Source of the DNA: Promethearchaeota archaeon
GTDB lineage: Archaea; Asgardarchaeota; Lokiarchaeia; Sigyniarchaeales; SOKP01
Assembly (NCBI GenBank): GCA_016839555.1
Contig: JAEOUA010000007.1
Span: forward strand, 64,001 to 128,000
Length of the DNA stretch: 64,000 bases
Direction: 5' to 3'
Shown here: one piece after another, positions 18,166-28,388 of the stretch
How the letters are laid out: each line of letters starts with the position of its first letter
Numbering within the stretch: the first letter of the stretch is position 1
Program-made: the position numbers and the translations under genes
Notes under the pieces: generated by a model
The model's database searches: none
What the model was told of the DNA's origin: nothing
The model's input: the letters and a program-made list of their open reading frames with translations, nothing else

Positions 18166-19692
18166 ATGACTGATAAAAAGAACGTATTATTTATTATTTC
18201 TGATGCTCATCGAGCAGATCACCTCAGCTGTTATGGAAATCCAACTTTAAAAACCCCTAATCTTGATAGACTTGCGAATGAAGGCGTCAGATTTACAAAT
18301 TATTTCTGTACAAATCCTATATGCATGCCAAATCGTGCGACATTAATGACTGGAAAATATCCTAATCTTCATGGCGTAAGAAGTAATGGAATAAATTTAG
18401 ATAAAGATATTCCCACTGTTGCTCAAACGCTGAAAAAAAGAGGATGGCATACTGCAGCAGTAGGGAAAATTCATCACCAATATTGGATGGCTCCCTTTAA
18501 AAGAAAATATACTTCAGCCGAGAATCTCATAAGTTGGGCTCTTGATGATCCTGGCAATGATCCTGTAAAAGAAAAATTTCCATTACCTTATTATGGGTAT
18601 GAGGAAGTGGAATTGGTAGTAGGAAACGGCAGTATCTGCTCAGGGCATTATTTAGAATGGCTAGAAGAAAAAAATCCTTCAGTTGCTGAGGAGGTTAAGC
18701 AAAGAATCCCGAATTATGATAATCTTTTCAGCTTATTTTGTGAAGATATTCCTGGAGAGTATTATAGCAGTACATTCATAAGAGAACGAACAATCGCCTT
18801 TCTGGAACGATATGTTAATGGAGAATATGGTGAAAAACCATTTTATTTACATTGCTCATTTCCAGATCCTCATTATCCCGTGGCTCCTCCGAAAAGATTT
18901 CAGGAAATGTATCCACCAGAGGATATTCAGCTTCCAGAAACTTTTAATGACACAGAAAGACTCTATTCTCATCCATTCTTAGGACCACACTTAGAGAAAC
19001 CCCCATTCAAGAAGGCATTTCTTCGGGAAGCCACCGAAGAGGAAACTCGTAAATTTATAGCATTAACTTATGCTTCAATTGCCTATATAGATCACTGCAT
19101 TGGCGAAATATTAGCCTCTTTGGAACAATTGGGTCTTGCGGAAAATACAATTGCAATTTATACGAGTGATCATGGTGATCTTATGGGAGATCATGGCCTA
19201 TTATTTAAAGGTCCATGCCCTTTTAATGGTGTACTGCAATTACCTTTTATTTGGAGAGTACCAGGTATGACTCCACCAGGAAGCGTGAGCGATTCATTAA
19301 TTAGTTCTGTTGATTATGCGAAAACTATTTTGAATTTATTAGGTGTTAAAGAGCGCTACCATCCTCCCGATATGCAGGGTAAAGATTTTTCTCCCCTCTT
19401 AAAAAACCCAGATGCAGAAGTGAGAGATTGTTGCTATATAGAAAATGATGAAGAGATTGGCACACTTAAGTCTAGGTTAAGGCATTTGATAACTAAGGAA
19501 TATAAATTAACGGTTTATCAAACCAAACCCAATCATGGTGATATTTATGATAGAATAAATGATCCCTTAGAACTCCATAATTTTTGGTATGAAGATAGCT
19601 TTAAAGAAAAAAGATTTGAGCTTTTAAATAAACTCCTTAATGAATGTCTTAAAGCATTAGGTCATTCTCCAAAAAGAATAGCCGGAACATAA
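18166..19692 (+). CDS. Sulfatase family hydrolase
   Basis: NVLFIISDAHRAD, CMPNR (CxPxR), GKIH, FPDPH, SDHGD. Confidence 0.92.
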   Translation: MTDKKNVLFIISDAHRADHLSCYGNPTLKTPNLDRLANEGVRFTNYFCTNPICMPNRATLMTGKYPNLHGVRSNGINLDKDIPTVAQTLKKRGWHTAAVGKIHHQYWMAPFKRKYTSAENLISWALDDPGNDPVKEKFPLPYYGYEEVELVVGNGSICSGHYLEWLEEKNPSVAEEVKQRIPNYDNLFSLFCEDIPGEYYSSTFIRERTIAFLERYVNGEYGEKPFYLHCSFPDPHYPVAPPKRFQEMYPPEDIQLPETFNDTERLYSHPFLGPHLEKPPFKKAFLREATEEETRKFIALTYASIAYIDHCIGEILASLEQLGLAENTIAIYTSDHGDLMGDHGLLFKGPCPFNGVLQLPFIWRVPGMTPPGSVSDSLISSVDYAKTILNLLGVKERYHPPDMQGKDFSPLLKNPDAEVRDCCYIENDEEIGTLKSRLRHLITKEYKLTVYQTKPNHGDIYDRINDPLELHNFWYEDSFKEKRFELLNKLLNECLKALGHSPKRIAGT

Positions 19693-19710
19693 TTGAAATA
19701 GAGAACAATC

Positions 19711-19943
19711 TTATTTTTTTAATCTTTTTAAATCTTCAGAAAAAGTTAAATCGTTTAATATTTTTACTTTATCATAATGATTGCCAGAAAATCAAGCTGC
19801 AGAAGGCGGATGTCCATGAATTTTTCCCATATTCAGTTATTTTTCAACTTTTTATCTCGCCTGGTTCTCTTGAAATATATCAAGCCACATTCTATATCAA
19901 TATCAAATTTTTTCCCATATCTTTAGCAAATGGGAGGTTTCAT
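19711..19943 (-). pseudogene. Decayed small hypothetical protein gene
   Basis: MKPPIC*RYGKKF...GLIYFKR, a frameshift, then GHPPSAA*FSGNHYDKVKILNDLTF; resembles a small MxPPIC...HPP..WFC..H protein family recalled from memory. Confidence 0.5.
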
Positions 19944-20094
19944 TTTTCTAAATACTCTAATCTATTCTTCTAATGAGTATATAAAAATAATGAAAAGAGG
20001 TACAACACGATAAATATCGAAAACTCATTTTAAAAAAGATTTCAGAATTTATTTAAGAAAGAATAATTAAAAATCTGAATTTAAATAGCTGGTA

Positions 20095-21078
20095 TTAAAC
20101 ATGAGTATTAATAAATTTTCCGATAATATTCCAAGCTTGAATACTTTCTTCTAATTCATCAGCAAATGTCTGAAAAACGTGAGTCATTCCTTCATATACT
20201 TCTAAAGTCACATCAACTCCTGCTTCTTTTGTTCTTTCTGCCAATAATATTGAATCATCCAAAACCACCTCAATTCCTCCAGCTTGGATCAAAAGGGGCG
20301 GTAAATCGTGTAAATCTGCATAAACAGGAGATATAAATGGATTTTTTAAACTTTCTTTACCAGCATATAATCTTGACATAACTTTCACACCAATAGCTAA
20401 TTCAGGTTCATACATATAAAATTTTTTAATCGATTTTCCTTTTGACCGTAAATCAACCCATGGTGATAACATTACTGCTGCAGCAGGTAAGGGAAGGTTT
20501 AATTCTCTAAGTTTTAACATTGTCGCCATTGTTAATCCTCCTCCAGCGGATTCTCCGCAGATTATTACATTTTTTGGATTAGTGCCTGAGTCTATTAGCC
20601 ATTTATATGCGTTTAAAGAATCTTTCAATGCAGCTGGATAAGAGTGTTCTGGGGCTAATCTATATCCAACATTTAAAACCCGTATTTTAGTAAGTCTTGA
20701 ATATAAATATGGTTCCCAACGAGTTGTTGGGAGGTCCCCCATAATATACCCTCCCCCAAATAAGTGAAACAATATCTTTTCTTCAGAAGCTTCTGGTACA
20801 TATATCCATTCTGACTGAACACCTCCCGCGTAGATCTTTTCAAAAATAACATCTTTAGAAATTTGTTTAGCTTTTTCTAAATCCATACAAGCTGAAATAT
20901 ATCGATTATATTCCAATAAAATATCCCAATCAGCTTTGAAACTAGTAATTTTTTCAAGAGATACTCCTTTTTTTTCAGCAAATTCTTTCGCATACTCCAA
21001 TTTTATTCTAAACTCTTCTTCCAATAGTTTACCTAATTTAGTGTGTACTTTAGCTACTTCTAAATATGACAATAACAT
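20095..21078 (-). CDS. HSL-family esterase (alpha/beta hydrolase)
   Basis: FGGGY oxyanion motif, YRLAPEH, GESAGG nucleophile, HVFQ. Confidence 0.9.
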   Translation of the reverse strand: MLLSYLEVAKVHTKLGKLLEEEFRIKLEYAKEFAEKKGVSLEKITSFKADWDILLEYNRYISACMDLEKAKQISKDVIFEKIYAGGVQSEWIYVPEASEEKILFHLFGGGYIMGDLPTTRWEPYLYSRLTKIRVLNVGYRLAPEHSYPAALKDSLNAYKWLIDSGTNPKNVIICGESAGGGLTMATMLKLRELNLPLPAAAVMLSPWVDLRSKGKSIKKFYMYEPELAIGVKVMSRLYAGKESLKNPFISPVYADLHDLPPLLIQAGGIEVVLDDSILLAERTKEAGVDVTLEVYEGMTHVFQTFADELEESIQAWNIIGKFINTHV

Positions 21079-21383
21079 TCTCCTCTTTTCAACTTTAATT
21101 TAGTATCTTATAACAAAATTTCGAATTTTAATAAATTTTATTATGAATTTTTAATATTTTTCAATATTTTTAGTGGATTCATAGAAGATGTACTAAATTA
21201 ATATATTCTAAATAAAAATAAATAAAATGAAATTTGATTATTTTTTAAATCTTGGTCAGTATCAAAAATAAGATAGATATAACCTTATTATAGACGATTT
21301 ATAATTCAAATCTACCAAAAGTATTAATTTGAGTGATGCATAAAGATAAACGATCTTTTAAAAATTTATAGAGGCATCCAATT

Positions 21384-22286
21384 ATGAAAATATATATAAT
21401 TAAAAAATCAAAAAAGGTACCATTTCATTTGATAATAGTAATTATATTATTATTTTCGGGGCTATTAACCATATACAGCTTTAATTTCTTGTCTACTACT
21501 GGTAATAATATACCTCTTATGACACCAATATCTCCTTCTATTAAAGCAGCGCAAGGATCCAAGAATGATGACCAAAATGACTTCTATTATCTACTTGCGG
21601 GGGGAAAACTACCTTCTGGTCAGGAACCCGATCCAAGGTACGATTTGAAGAGATTGAGTTATGATGCTGATGGTGCAATTAACCTAACGGTTTGGGGTAC
21701 TTTAGACGTTAATGATGGAAATATGACAAATGCTGACCCTTTTTGGATTTCATTTAAATATCAAAATGAAATACATGGTATTCAAATAGGCACAGGGGCG
21801 TCTAAGAATGATAGTAAAATCAGGGCATATCTTACTAAAATGTCAGAAACTGAAATACAACTATATTGGAATGGATCTGATTGGGTGGATTTTGATAGTT
21901 TTAATGGCACAGCTGACGATGATTCTTGGGATTTATGTAGTACTCAACCCAATGGAACATCAAAAGTAATAATCGATATTCCCAGCGATACAGGGATAGT
22001 TCTTGCAAATGCACAATTTGCAGGTACTTTTATAAATCCTTTCTATCCACATAAAAAATTACATTATGGTGCGATGTCTGTAATTTATACTGGAGATGAT
22101 TATATACTTGACATTATAACATTTCCCATTGGCATAGATCCGATTCTTTTTTTGCTCTTCTCGCAAACATCCGAACCTTCAGTAATTCCTGGTTATCCTT
22201 CAGTAATTTTCATATCAACAACGATTATTATCATTCTTATGGTGCTGGTGATATTACAAAAAAAAAATCTTTTTACTTTGATTTAA
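21384..22286 (+). CDS. Secreted/cell-surface protein with IPGY-type (Loki-CTERM-like) C-terminal sorting signal
   Basis: N-terminal signal/TM segment, D/N/S/T-rich body with several N-x-S/T sites, VIPGY + hydrophobic helix + QKKN. Confidence 0.75.
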   Translation: MKIYIIKKSKKVPFHLIIVIILLFSGLLTIYSFNFLSTTGNNIPLMTPISPSIKAAQGSKNDDQNDFYYLLAGGKLPSGQEPDPRYDLKRLSYDADGAINLTVWGTLDVNDGNMTNADPFWISFKYQNEIHGIQIGTGASKNDSKIRAYLTKMSETEIQLYWNGSDWVDFDSFNGTADDDSWDLCSTQPNGTSKVIIDIPSDTGIVLANAQFAGTFINPFYPHKKLHYGAMSVIYTGDDYILDIITFPIGIDPILFLLFSQTSEPSVIPGYPSVIFISTTIIIILMVLVILQKKNLFTLI

Positions 22287-22397
22287 ACGAGGTATCTTTA
22301 ATTTCCAATTAGTTTTAAATCCATTTTTTTATCTCTATTCTGTAAGATATATAAATTTCTCTAAATATTCGATTCTTTAATTTACAATACTTTAAAA

Positions 22398-23639
22398 TTA
22401 TCTATGTTTATATTTATCTTTAACAAATGTCAACGTTATAACAAAAGTTAATGATATTAGAAAGAATATCGAATAAAAAGGAAAAAACACATTATATTCA
22501 CCTAACCAGCATATAACAATTGGGCCGATAGCGCCGAAAAAAAACCCAATTGCGTTATTAAATCCGATCCCAGTCCCTTTTAAATTAGGATCAATCTCTA
22601 CGATTACATCTAACAAGAGTGTACTCCCAGCAGGGTCATATAACGCAAGTCCAACTCCAATAGCAATAGTTAAAATGACAAAAACAATAAAATCTTTAGA
22701 AAAATTAAAAAAAAAGAAAAATCCGAAACAAATTGTGATTGATTGCCCTATAAGCATCATTTTTTTTGGACCTTGTTTATCCAAGACCTTACTTGAGAGA
22801 ATTACAAAGCCTACATAAAATGCAACAATTATAATGAGAATATAACTACTTGTTATTTCATCTATTCCATAATAATTTTGGAGCACCCAGATTAAATACG
22901 CGACAACTCCTCCAAATATGAACCATCGCGTAGCATTTAAAAAAATTGTTATATTAACCTCTGAGTTTTTCAATAATTTAAAAATTTTCTCCCTTTTTAA
23001 AGTCTTATTGTTCTCCGACCCAAGATTAGTATTTTCAGAGTTCTGATTTTCCATTTGATTATTCTTGAAAACAATTAATAAAAAAATTGAACTTAATAAT
23101 ATTAAGCTCCCAGATATGGAAAAAATATGTCTAAAACCTAAATAAGAGGAGATATAACCTCCAAGAATAATACCGCTAAAATATCCAATATTAAGAGAGA
23201 GGGAATAATACGCCATTCCTTTGCCATGCTGCTCTTTTTTAAAGATATCACCAATAATTGCCTGCAATATGGAAGTATAAGCCCCAATACCTTGAATTGC
23301 TCTAAAAATTATTAATTGTCTGATAGTTTGAGCAAAAAAACATAAAAAAGTGCCAATTATATAAATACTCATTGCAATAAGTACTATTATTCTTCGTCCA
23401 AATTTATCAGAAGCAGCTGCGATTGGAAATTGGAAAATAGATTGCATTATAGAATATATACCGATAACTATACCATAGGAAATTAAAGAACCTTCCAATT
23501 CTATGATAAATGAGGGTAATCCTAAATCCACAATACTTATACCAATATTTCTTAAGGTGCAAGCAAATAATACTGCTAATAAAAGGATTTTTAAATGCTT
23601 CCCTAACTGATGGATATTTGGTTTTATATCCCCACTCAC
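22398..23639 (-). CDS. MFS transporter
   Basis: ~12 hydrophobic segments, SDKFGRR motif A, RAIQGIG. Confidence 0.9.
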   Translation of the reverse strand: MSGDIKPNIHQLGKHLKILLLAVLFACTLRNIGISIVDLGLPSFIIELEGSLISYGIVIGIYSIMQSIFQFPIAAASDKFGRRIIVLIAMSIYIIGTFLCFFAQTIRQLIIFRAIQGIGAYTSILQAIIGDIFKKEQHGKGMAYYSLSLNIGYFSGIILGGYISSYLGFRHIFSISGSLILLSSIFLLIVFKNNQMENQNSENTNLGSENNKTLKREKIFKLLKNSEVNITIFLNATRWFIFGGVVAYLIWVLQNYYGIDEITSSYILIIIVAFYVGFVILSSKVLDKQGPKKMMLIGQSITICFGFFFFFNFSKDFIVFVILTIAIGVGLALYDPAGSTLLLDVIVEIDPNLKGTGIGFNNAIGFFFGAIGPIVICWLGEYNVFFPFYSIFFLISLTFVITLTFVKDKYKHR

Positions 23640-23836
23640 ATTAACATCAACTCATTAACTATTTGGTAAATTAAAAAAGCAATAAAAACTTGATTTTCAA
23701 ATTCTATTCTGTTTCAATATATCGTAAAAATTGAACTCTAAGTTTAAGATTCTATTTTTAAAAACAAGATTTAATAATTTTGAAACCAAAATTGAGAAAT
23801 TTATTTTACATTAGAATTTTTCAATTTTTTCAAATT

Positions 23837-25738
23837 TTAAATAAATTCTTCTAATTGCAATTCTGTCATTTTTGCTTTAGTAGGATGGCCTGTTTTAATG
23901 TCCCAACCACGTTCATCATAATAATTGTCTAATAGTTTTTCAGCAATTTCATGAGTAATTTTGACATCGCCTTGAAAATTTTTAAATTTGAGTTTATTTT
24001 CCCCATATTTTAATGGTTTGAACCATTCAGGAGGAAATTTATCGTCTTTTCGGCTAAAACCTTCTTTTACATTTAGAGATCTCAATAAGTTCCATGTCCT
24101 TTCTGCTGCTTTTCTTAAATGCTCGGAAGTGAAATCGAACCCTGTAGCTGCGTTATAAAAATCTATAACAGATTCTAGGCTATAGAATCTATTCATTTGA
24201 GCACGAGCACATAATCCCAATATTGTTAATACCGTATACCAATCTTCGGAATACCTAGTTAGACGCCCAACATCAACCCCCATTTCTGTTTTAGGAGGGT
24301 CAAATAATCGAGCAAAAGCACTCTGAGGGATACCCATTCTATCAAAGTGCCTCTTAAATTTTTCTTTAGAATGACCCGCTCCTACATAGGTTGGTGATCC
24401 TCCAGACGCGACATGTGCTCCTTTTGGATTAACTACTTGTTCAAATTCCATTGTTCCAAGGCGTAAGAAACGGGGCTCAAATATAACATCCAATCCTTTT
24501 ATTGTCAGCATTTTTTTATCTATTTCTGGATATTTTTCGGATAATTTATTCCATCCCTCAGCTAAAATATCTCCAAATCCTTTTCGATAAGTTATCATCT
24601 CAATTAATTTTATTAAAGAGTGATAATCTCGATTTAAGTTCTCCCCGATTTCATCCTCAGTTAAAATCCCTTTCTCATTCATAGTTGCTAAAAATTCTAA
24701 TAAGGAGGTTATTGTAAGAGAATCGAGACCATATCGATTAATTATATCAAAGGCGTTAATCGCTTGACCATAAGTCTCAACTCCATCCAGAGTTAACATT
24801 AGAAATGGATTAATAACTGAAGAAGTATAATTAGTTAAACCAGAAAAGTTTCCTTCTTGCAATTCTAATAAATCTTTATCACCCATCGGACAAGAGGGAC
24901 ACGCCATACGACGATATTTTATTTTTTTGAGATAGGTTCGTTCATTACACTGGCGAGCTTTTTTCTTCTGTCCTTTCGCTGCTAAAATCATATTAATCGG
25001 TAAGCTTCGTAGCATTCCTAATTCATGCCAAGATTCTCGGTGTGGGTAATTTTGTATTCTTTTATATAAATTTCGATATAAAATCATAAATTTTTTCGGT
25101 TTTGCTATAGATATACCTTTTGTTCCTTGAACTATAATGGCTTTTAAATTCTTAGAACCCATTATTGCTCCCAAGCCTCCTCTTCCGAGAGTTGATGTTT
25201 TATCAATTAATGTTAATGCTGATTTTACTAAGTTTTCACCTGCTTGTCCGATTGCTATTACACCAGAATTTCCATACTCTTTTTTAAGTATATTTGTGGT
25301 CTCTACTATATCTTTCCCCCATAATCCAATTGCATCTTTTATTATTACTGCATCATCTTTAATATATAAATAGCTGGGATTTTCTGCTTTATTTCGAATG
25401 ATAATATGATCATATCCTGCTTGTTTCAAATAAAATCCAAAACTCATACTCCCACAAGAGTTGACAATTGCTCCAGTTGCTGGAAATTTAGACATAACCA
25501 CAGTTCGCGATGCGCCTGGCATAATTGTTCCTACTAAGGGGCCGGTCCCAATAATAATTACATTTTCTGAGGATAATGGCTTTATCTCTGGAGTGAGGAA
25601 TTCAGCAGCTAATCGGCAATTCATTCCTATGCCTCCTATAAATTGAGAGATATCTTCAATTTCTTCCTTCTCAATAAACTTAGTTTTATTTGCTAAATTA
25701 ATATTAAGAATATTACCAGTATATCCATTCCATTTCAT
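23837..25738 (-). CDS. Aldehyde:ferredoxin oxidoreductase (AOR) family protein
   Basis: GYTGNILNINL, GRGGLGAIMGSKNLKA, CPSCPMG, GLDS, YYDERGWD. Confidence 0.9.
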   Translation of the reverse strand: MKWNGYTGNILNINLANKTKFIEKEEIEDISQFIGGIGMNCRLAAEFLTPEIKPLSSENVIIIGTGPLVGTIMPGASRTVVMSKFPATGAIVNSCGSMSFGFYLKQAGYDHIIIRNKAENPSYLYIKDDAVIIKDAIGLWGKDIVETTNILKKEYGNSGVIAIGQAGENLVKSALTLIDKTSTLGRGGLGAIMGSKNLKAIIVQGTKGISIAKPKKFMILYRNLYKRIQNYPHRESWHELGMLRSLPINMILAAKGQKKKARQCNERTYLKKIKYRRMACPSCPMGDKDLLELQEGNFSGLTNYTSSVINPFLMLTLDGVETYGQAINAFDIINRYGLDSLTITSLLEFLATMNEKGILTEDEIGENLNRDYHSLIKLIEMITYRKGFGDILAEGWNKLSEKYPEIDKKMLTIKGLDVIFEPRFLRLGTMEFEQVVNPKGAHVASGGSPTYVGAGHSKEKFKRHFDRMGIPQSAFARLFDPPKTEMGVDVGRLTRYSEDWYTVLTILGLCARAQMNRFYSLESVIDFYNAATGFDFTSEHLRKAAERTWNLLRSLNVKEGFSRKDDKFPPEWFKPLKYGENKLKFKNFQGDVKITHEIAEKLLDNYYDERGWDIKTGHPTKAKMTELQLEEFI

Positions 25739-25983
25739 TTTTCATCTCCCTCCACAATTTCTAAAGCATTATATATGCAATATTCTACGCATAAACCACA
25801 CTTCTTGCAAGTTTCTAAAATTTCTAACTTAGGAGTTCGCCCATATGGATTTTCTATCCTAATATGAGAGAGGGAAGGGTTGAATTGTTGCGTGTAGGTA
25901 TAAGAACATATTAATTGGCACACACGACATCCCGTACAATTATTGGGGTTGAATCGTATATTAAAATCTGAATGTGTTTGCAA
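25735..25983 (-). CDS. 4Fe-4S dicluster ferredoxin, AOR partner
   Basis: CTGCRVCQLIC and CKKCGLCVEYC; overlaps the AOR start by 4 nt. Confidence 0.88.
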   Translation of the reverse strand: MQTHSDFNIRFNPNNCTGCRVCQLICSYTYTQQFNPSLSHIRIENPYGRTPKLEILETCKKCGLCVEYCIYNALEIVEGDEK

Positions 25984-26363
25984 TTTAAAGCACTTTTATG
26001 TGTTTTATACTAACTTAGGTTATGCAAATTATAGAATTTGATTTCTTAAATACATTCTCATGTTGTTTTGTTTTCAATTTCTTCTGCTATTTTAAAGAAT
26101 ATATCATAAAAAACTTACAACAAGAATTCAAACATAAATATTTATTACTCTGATCAATTACTGAGAACCATATGAATAAAATTCCCTTTGAATGATTTTC
26201 CAAAAAGAAGTAATCTTTTTTAACTCATTTTAGTTCAAAATTATCGTCTCCATAAAAAATTTGTATAATTAATTGAAATTTTTCTTAGGACTAAAATTTA
26301 ATAACTTTAAAATTTGAATAGTATATAGAGGATAAAACTAAAAAATAAGTTAGTGGAGTAGAA

Positions 26364-28259
26364 TTGGAAAAATTTGAAGATCTCGAAAGAGATTGGAGAG
26401 AAAGGTGGAAAGATAAAGAAATTGAAGTAGCAGATGCCATTCAGAAGATAATTCCCGGGAATAGAGTTTTTATAGGTACTGGATGTTCCGAGCCTCAAGC
26501 ACTTACTAAAGAATTAATAAAGCAATCAGAGTCTCTGATTGATACGGAAATCATTCATTTTTTAACAATTGGCCCTGAAAAATATTTTCCAAAAGAAAAA
26601 AGAGAAGATCTTTTCCGACATAACGCGTTATTTATAGGAAAATCTTTACGGGAAGAAATTAATAAGGGGCAAGCGGATTATACACCAATTTTCGTTCAAG
26701 ACATCCCAGAGCTATTCACTTCTGGGAGAAAATATGTTGATGTAGCACTTATACAAGTATCTCCTCCGGATCGATATGGATTTTGCTCGTTTGGAATAAA
26801 TGTAGATATCACCAAGCCGATTGCCCAATCTTCTTATTTGACAATTGCAGAAATAAACCCCCAAATGCCAAGAACTTGGGGAAACTCCTTTATTCATATG
26901 AAGGAAATCGATTATTTCGTATACAATGATTCACCTTTGTTAGAATTTGAATTTACCCAACCTGATGAAATTGCAGAACGAATAGGAAAAAATGTTGCAA
27001 CACTAGTTGTGAATAAATCTACTATTCATATTGGTTTTGGCGATCTTCCCGTAGTAGTTTTAAAATATTTGAAAAATAAACATGATTTAGGGATGCATTC
27101 CCATCATATCACGGACCATATTATCCCTTTAATAGAGGATGGAGTGTTAACTTGTAGAAAAAAGAAGTTCCATCCAGAAAAAATTGTCACCAGCTTTTGT
27201 CTTGGCTCGCAAAAAATTTATGATTTTGTGGAAAATAATCCTTATATAGAATTTTATCCCTCTGATTACGTATGTAATCCTGTAAATATAGGAAATAATA
27301 ATGCAATGGTATCAATAAATTCTGCAAGACAGGTTGATTTAACGGGGCAAGTAAATGCTTCAGCGGAGGGTTATACCTTCTATTCTGGCTTTGGAGAAAC
27401 GGTAGATTTTATTAGGGGGGCAGCCATCTCTAAAAATGGAAAACCAATTATTATCTTACCATCAACAACCCGAGATGGTAAAAAATCTCGAATCGTGTCT
27501 CATTTAGATGAAGGTTCTGGAGTATTATTATCAAGAGGCGATGTGCATTATATTGTGACCGAATGGGGAATAGCATATTTACATGGGAAATCAATACGCG
27601 AAAGAGTAATCGAATTAATTTGCATCGCACATCCCAAATTTAGAGAGGAATTATTAGAAGAAGCTAAAAAATTGAATTACGTGTATTCTGACCAAATCCT
27701 CCCACTCGATTTTGATGGAAATATTTGTATCTATCCTGAACAATACGATACCTTTTTCAAGACCGAGGATGGTAAAAAGATCAGAGTTCGCCCCCTAAAA
27801 ACAACAGATGAACCCCTTTTAAAAAATTTATATTATTCTTTAGATGAACGCGATAGATATTTGCGGTTTTTCGAAATAAGAAAAGAATTTACTCATTCAA
27901 AAACTCAACATGAAGTGAATATTGATTATAAGAATGTTTTTTCCATAGGTGCATTTTTTGGCGATATTGGAAATGAAGATATGATTGGAACAGCATCTTA
28001 TCATTATAATCCCAGAAATAATATGGCAGAATTCGATTTTTTGGTCAATAAAAATTGGCGAAGTGCAGGGGTTGGTTCCTTTTTATATCATCACTTAATA
28101 ATTATCGCGAAAGAATACGGAATACGAGGATTTTATGGAAATATTCATATTCAAAATCGTAAGACTGTAAAAATTATAAAAGCAGGAGGTAAAACAAAAA
28201 TAACACCTCCAGATGTGGGTGAAAAGGAGCTATTTTACGAAGTCCTTTTTCAAGAATGA
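26364..28259 (+). CDS. Acetyl-CoA hydrolase/CoA-transferase-like domain fused to a C-terminal GNAT acetyltransferase
   Basis: VSPPDRYGFCSFG, INSARQVDLTGQ, VTEWGIA; C-terminal IRVRPLK...AEFDFLV...WRSAGVGS...N GNAT. Confidence 0.85.
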   Translation: MEKFEDLERDWRERWKDKEIEVADAIQKIIPGNRVFIGTGCSEPQALTKELIKQSESLIDTEIIHFLTIGPEKYFPKEKREDLFRHNALFIGKSLREEINKGQADYTPIFVQDIPELFTSGRKYVDVALIQVSPPDRYGFCSFGINVDITKPIAQSSYLTIAEINPQMPRTWGNSFIHMKEIDYFVYNDSPLLEFEFTQPDEIAERIGKNVATLVVNKSTIHIGFGDLPVVVLKYLKNKHDLGMHSHHITDHIIPLIEDGVLTCRKKKFHPEKIVTSFCLGSQKIYDFVENNPYIEFYPSDYVCNPVNIGNNNAMVSINSARQVDLTGQVNASAEGYTFYSGFGETVDFIRGAAISKNGKPIIILPSTTRDGKKSRIVSHLDEGSGVLLSRGDVHYIVTEWGIAYLHGKSIRERVIELICIAHPKFREELLEEAKKLNYVYSDQILPLDFDGNICIYPEQYDTFFKTEDGKKIRVRPLKTTDEPLLKNLYYSLDERDRYLRFFEIRKEFTHSKTQHEVNIDYKNVFSIGAFFGDIGNEDMIGTASYHYNPRNNMAEFDFLVNKNWRSAGVGSFLYHHLIIIAKEYGIRGFYGNIHIQNRKTVKIIKAGGKTKITPPDVGEKELFYEVLFQE

Positions 28260-28388
28260 ATATAATAAGGATTTCTTAATTTTGGCAAAAATATAAGGTA
28301 TATTTTTTTATTTCAAATGGAAAAGATAAAAAATATAAAATAAGGAGTTTAAAGAATTGTATAGCTAATGTTTATATATCGGTTAACT

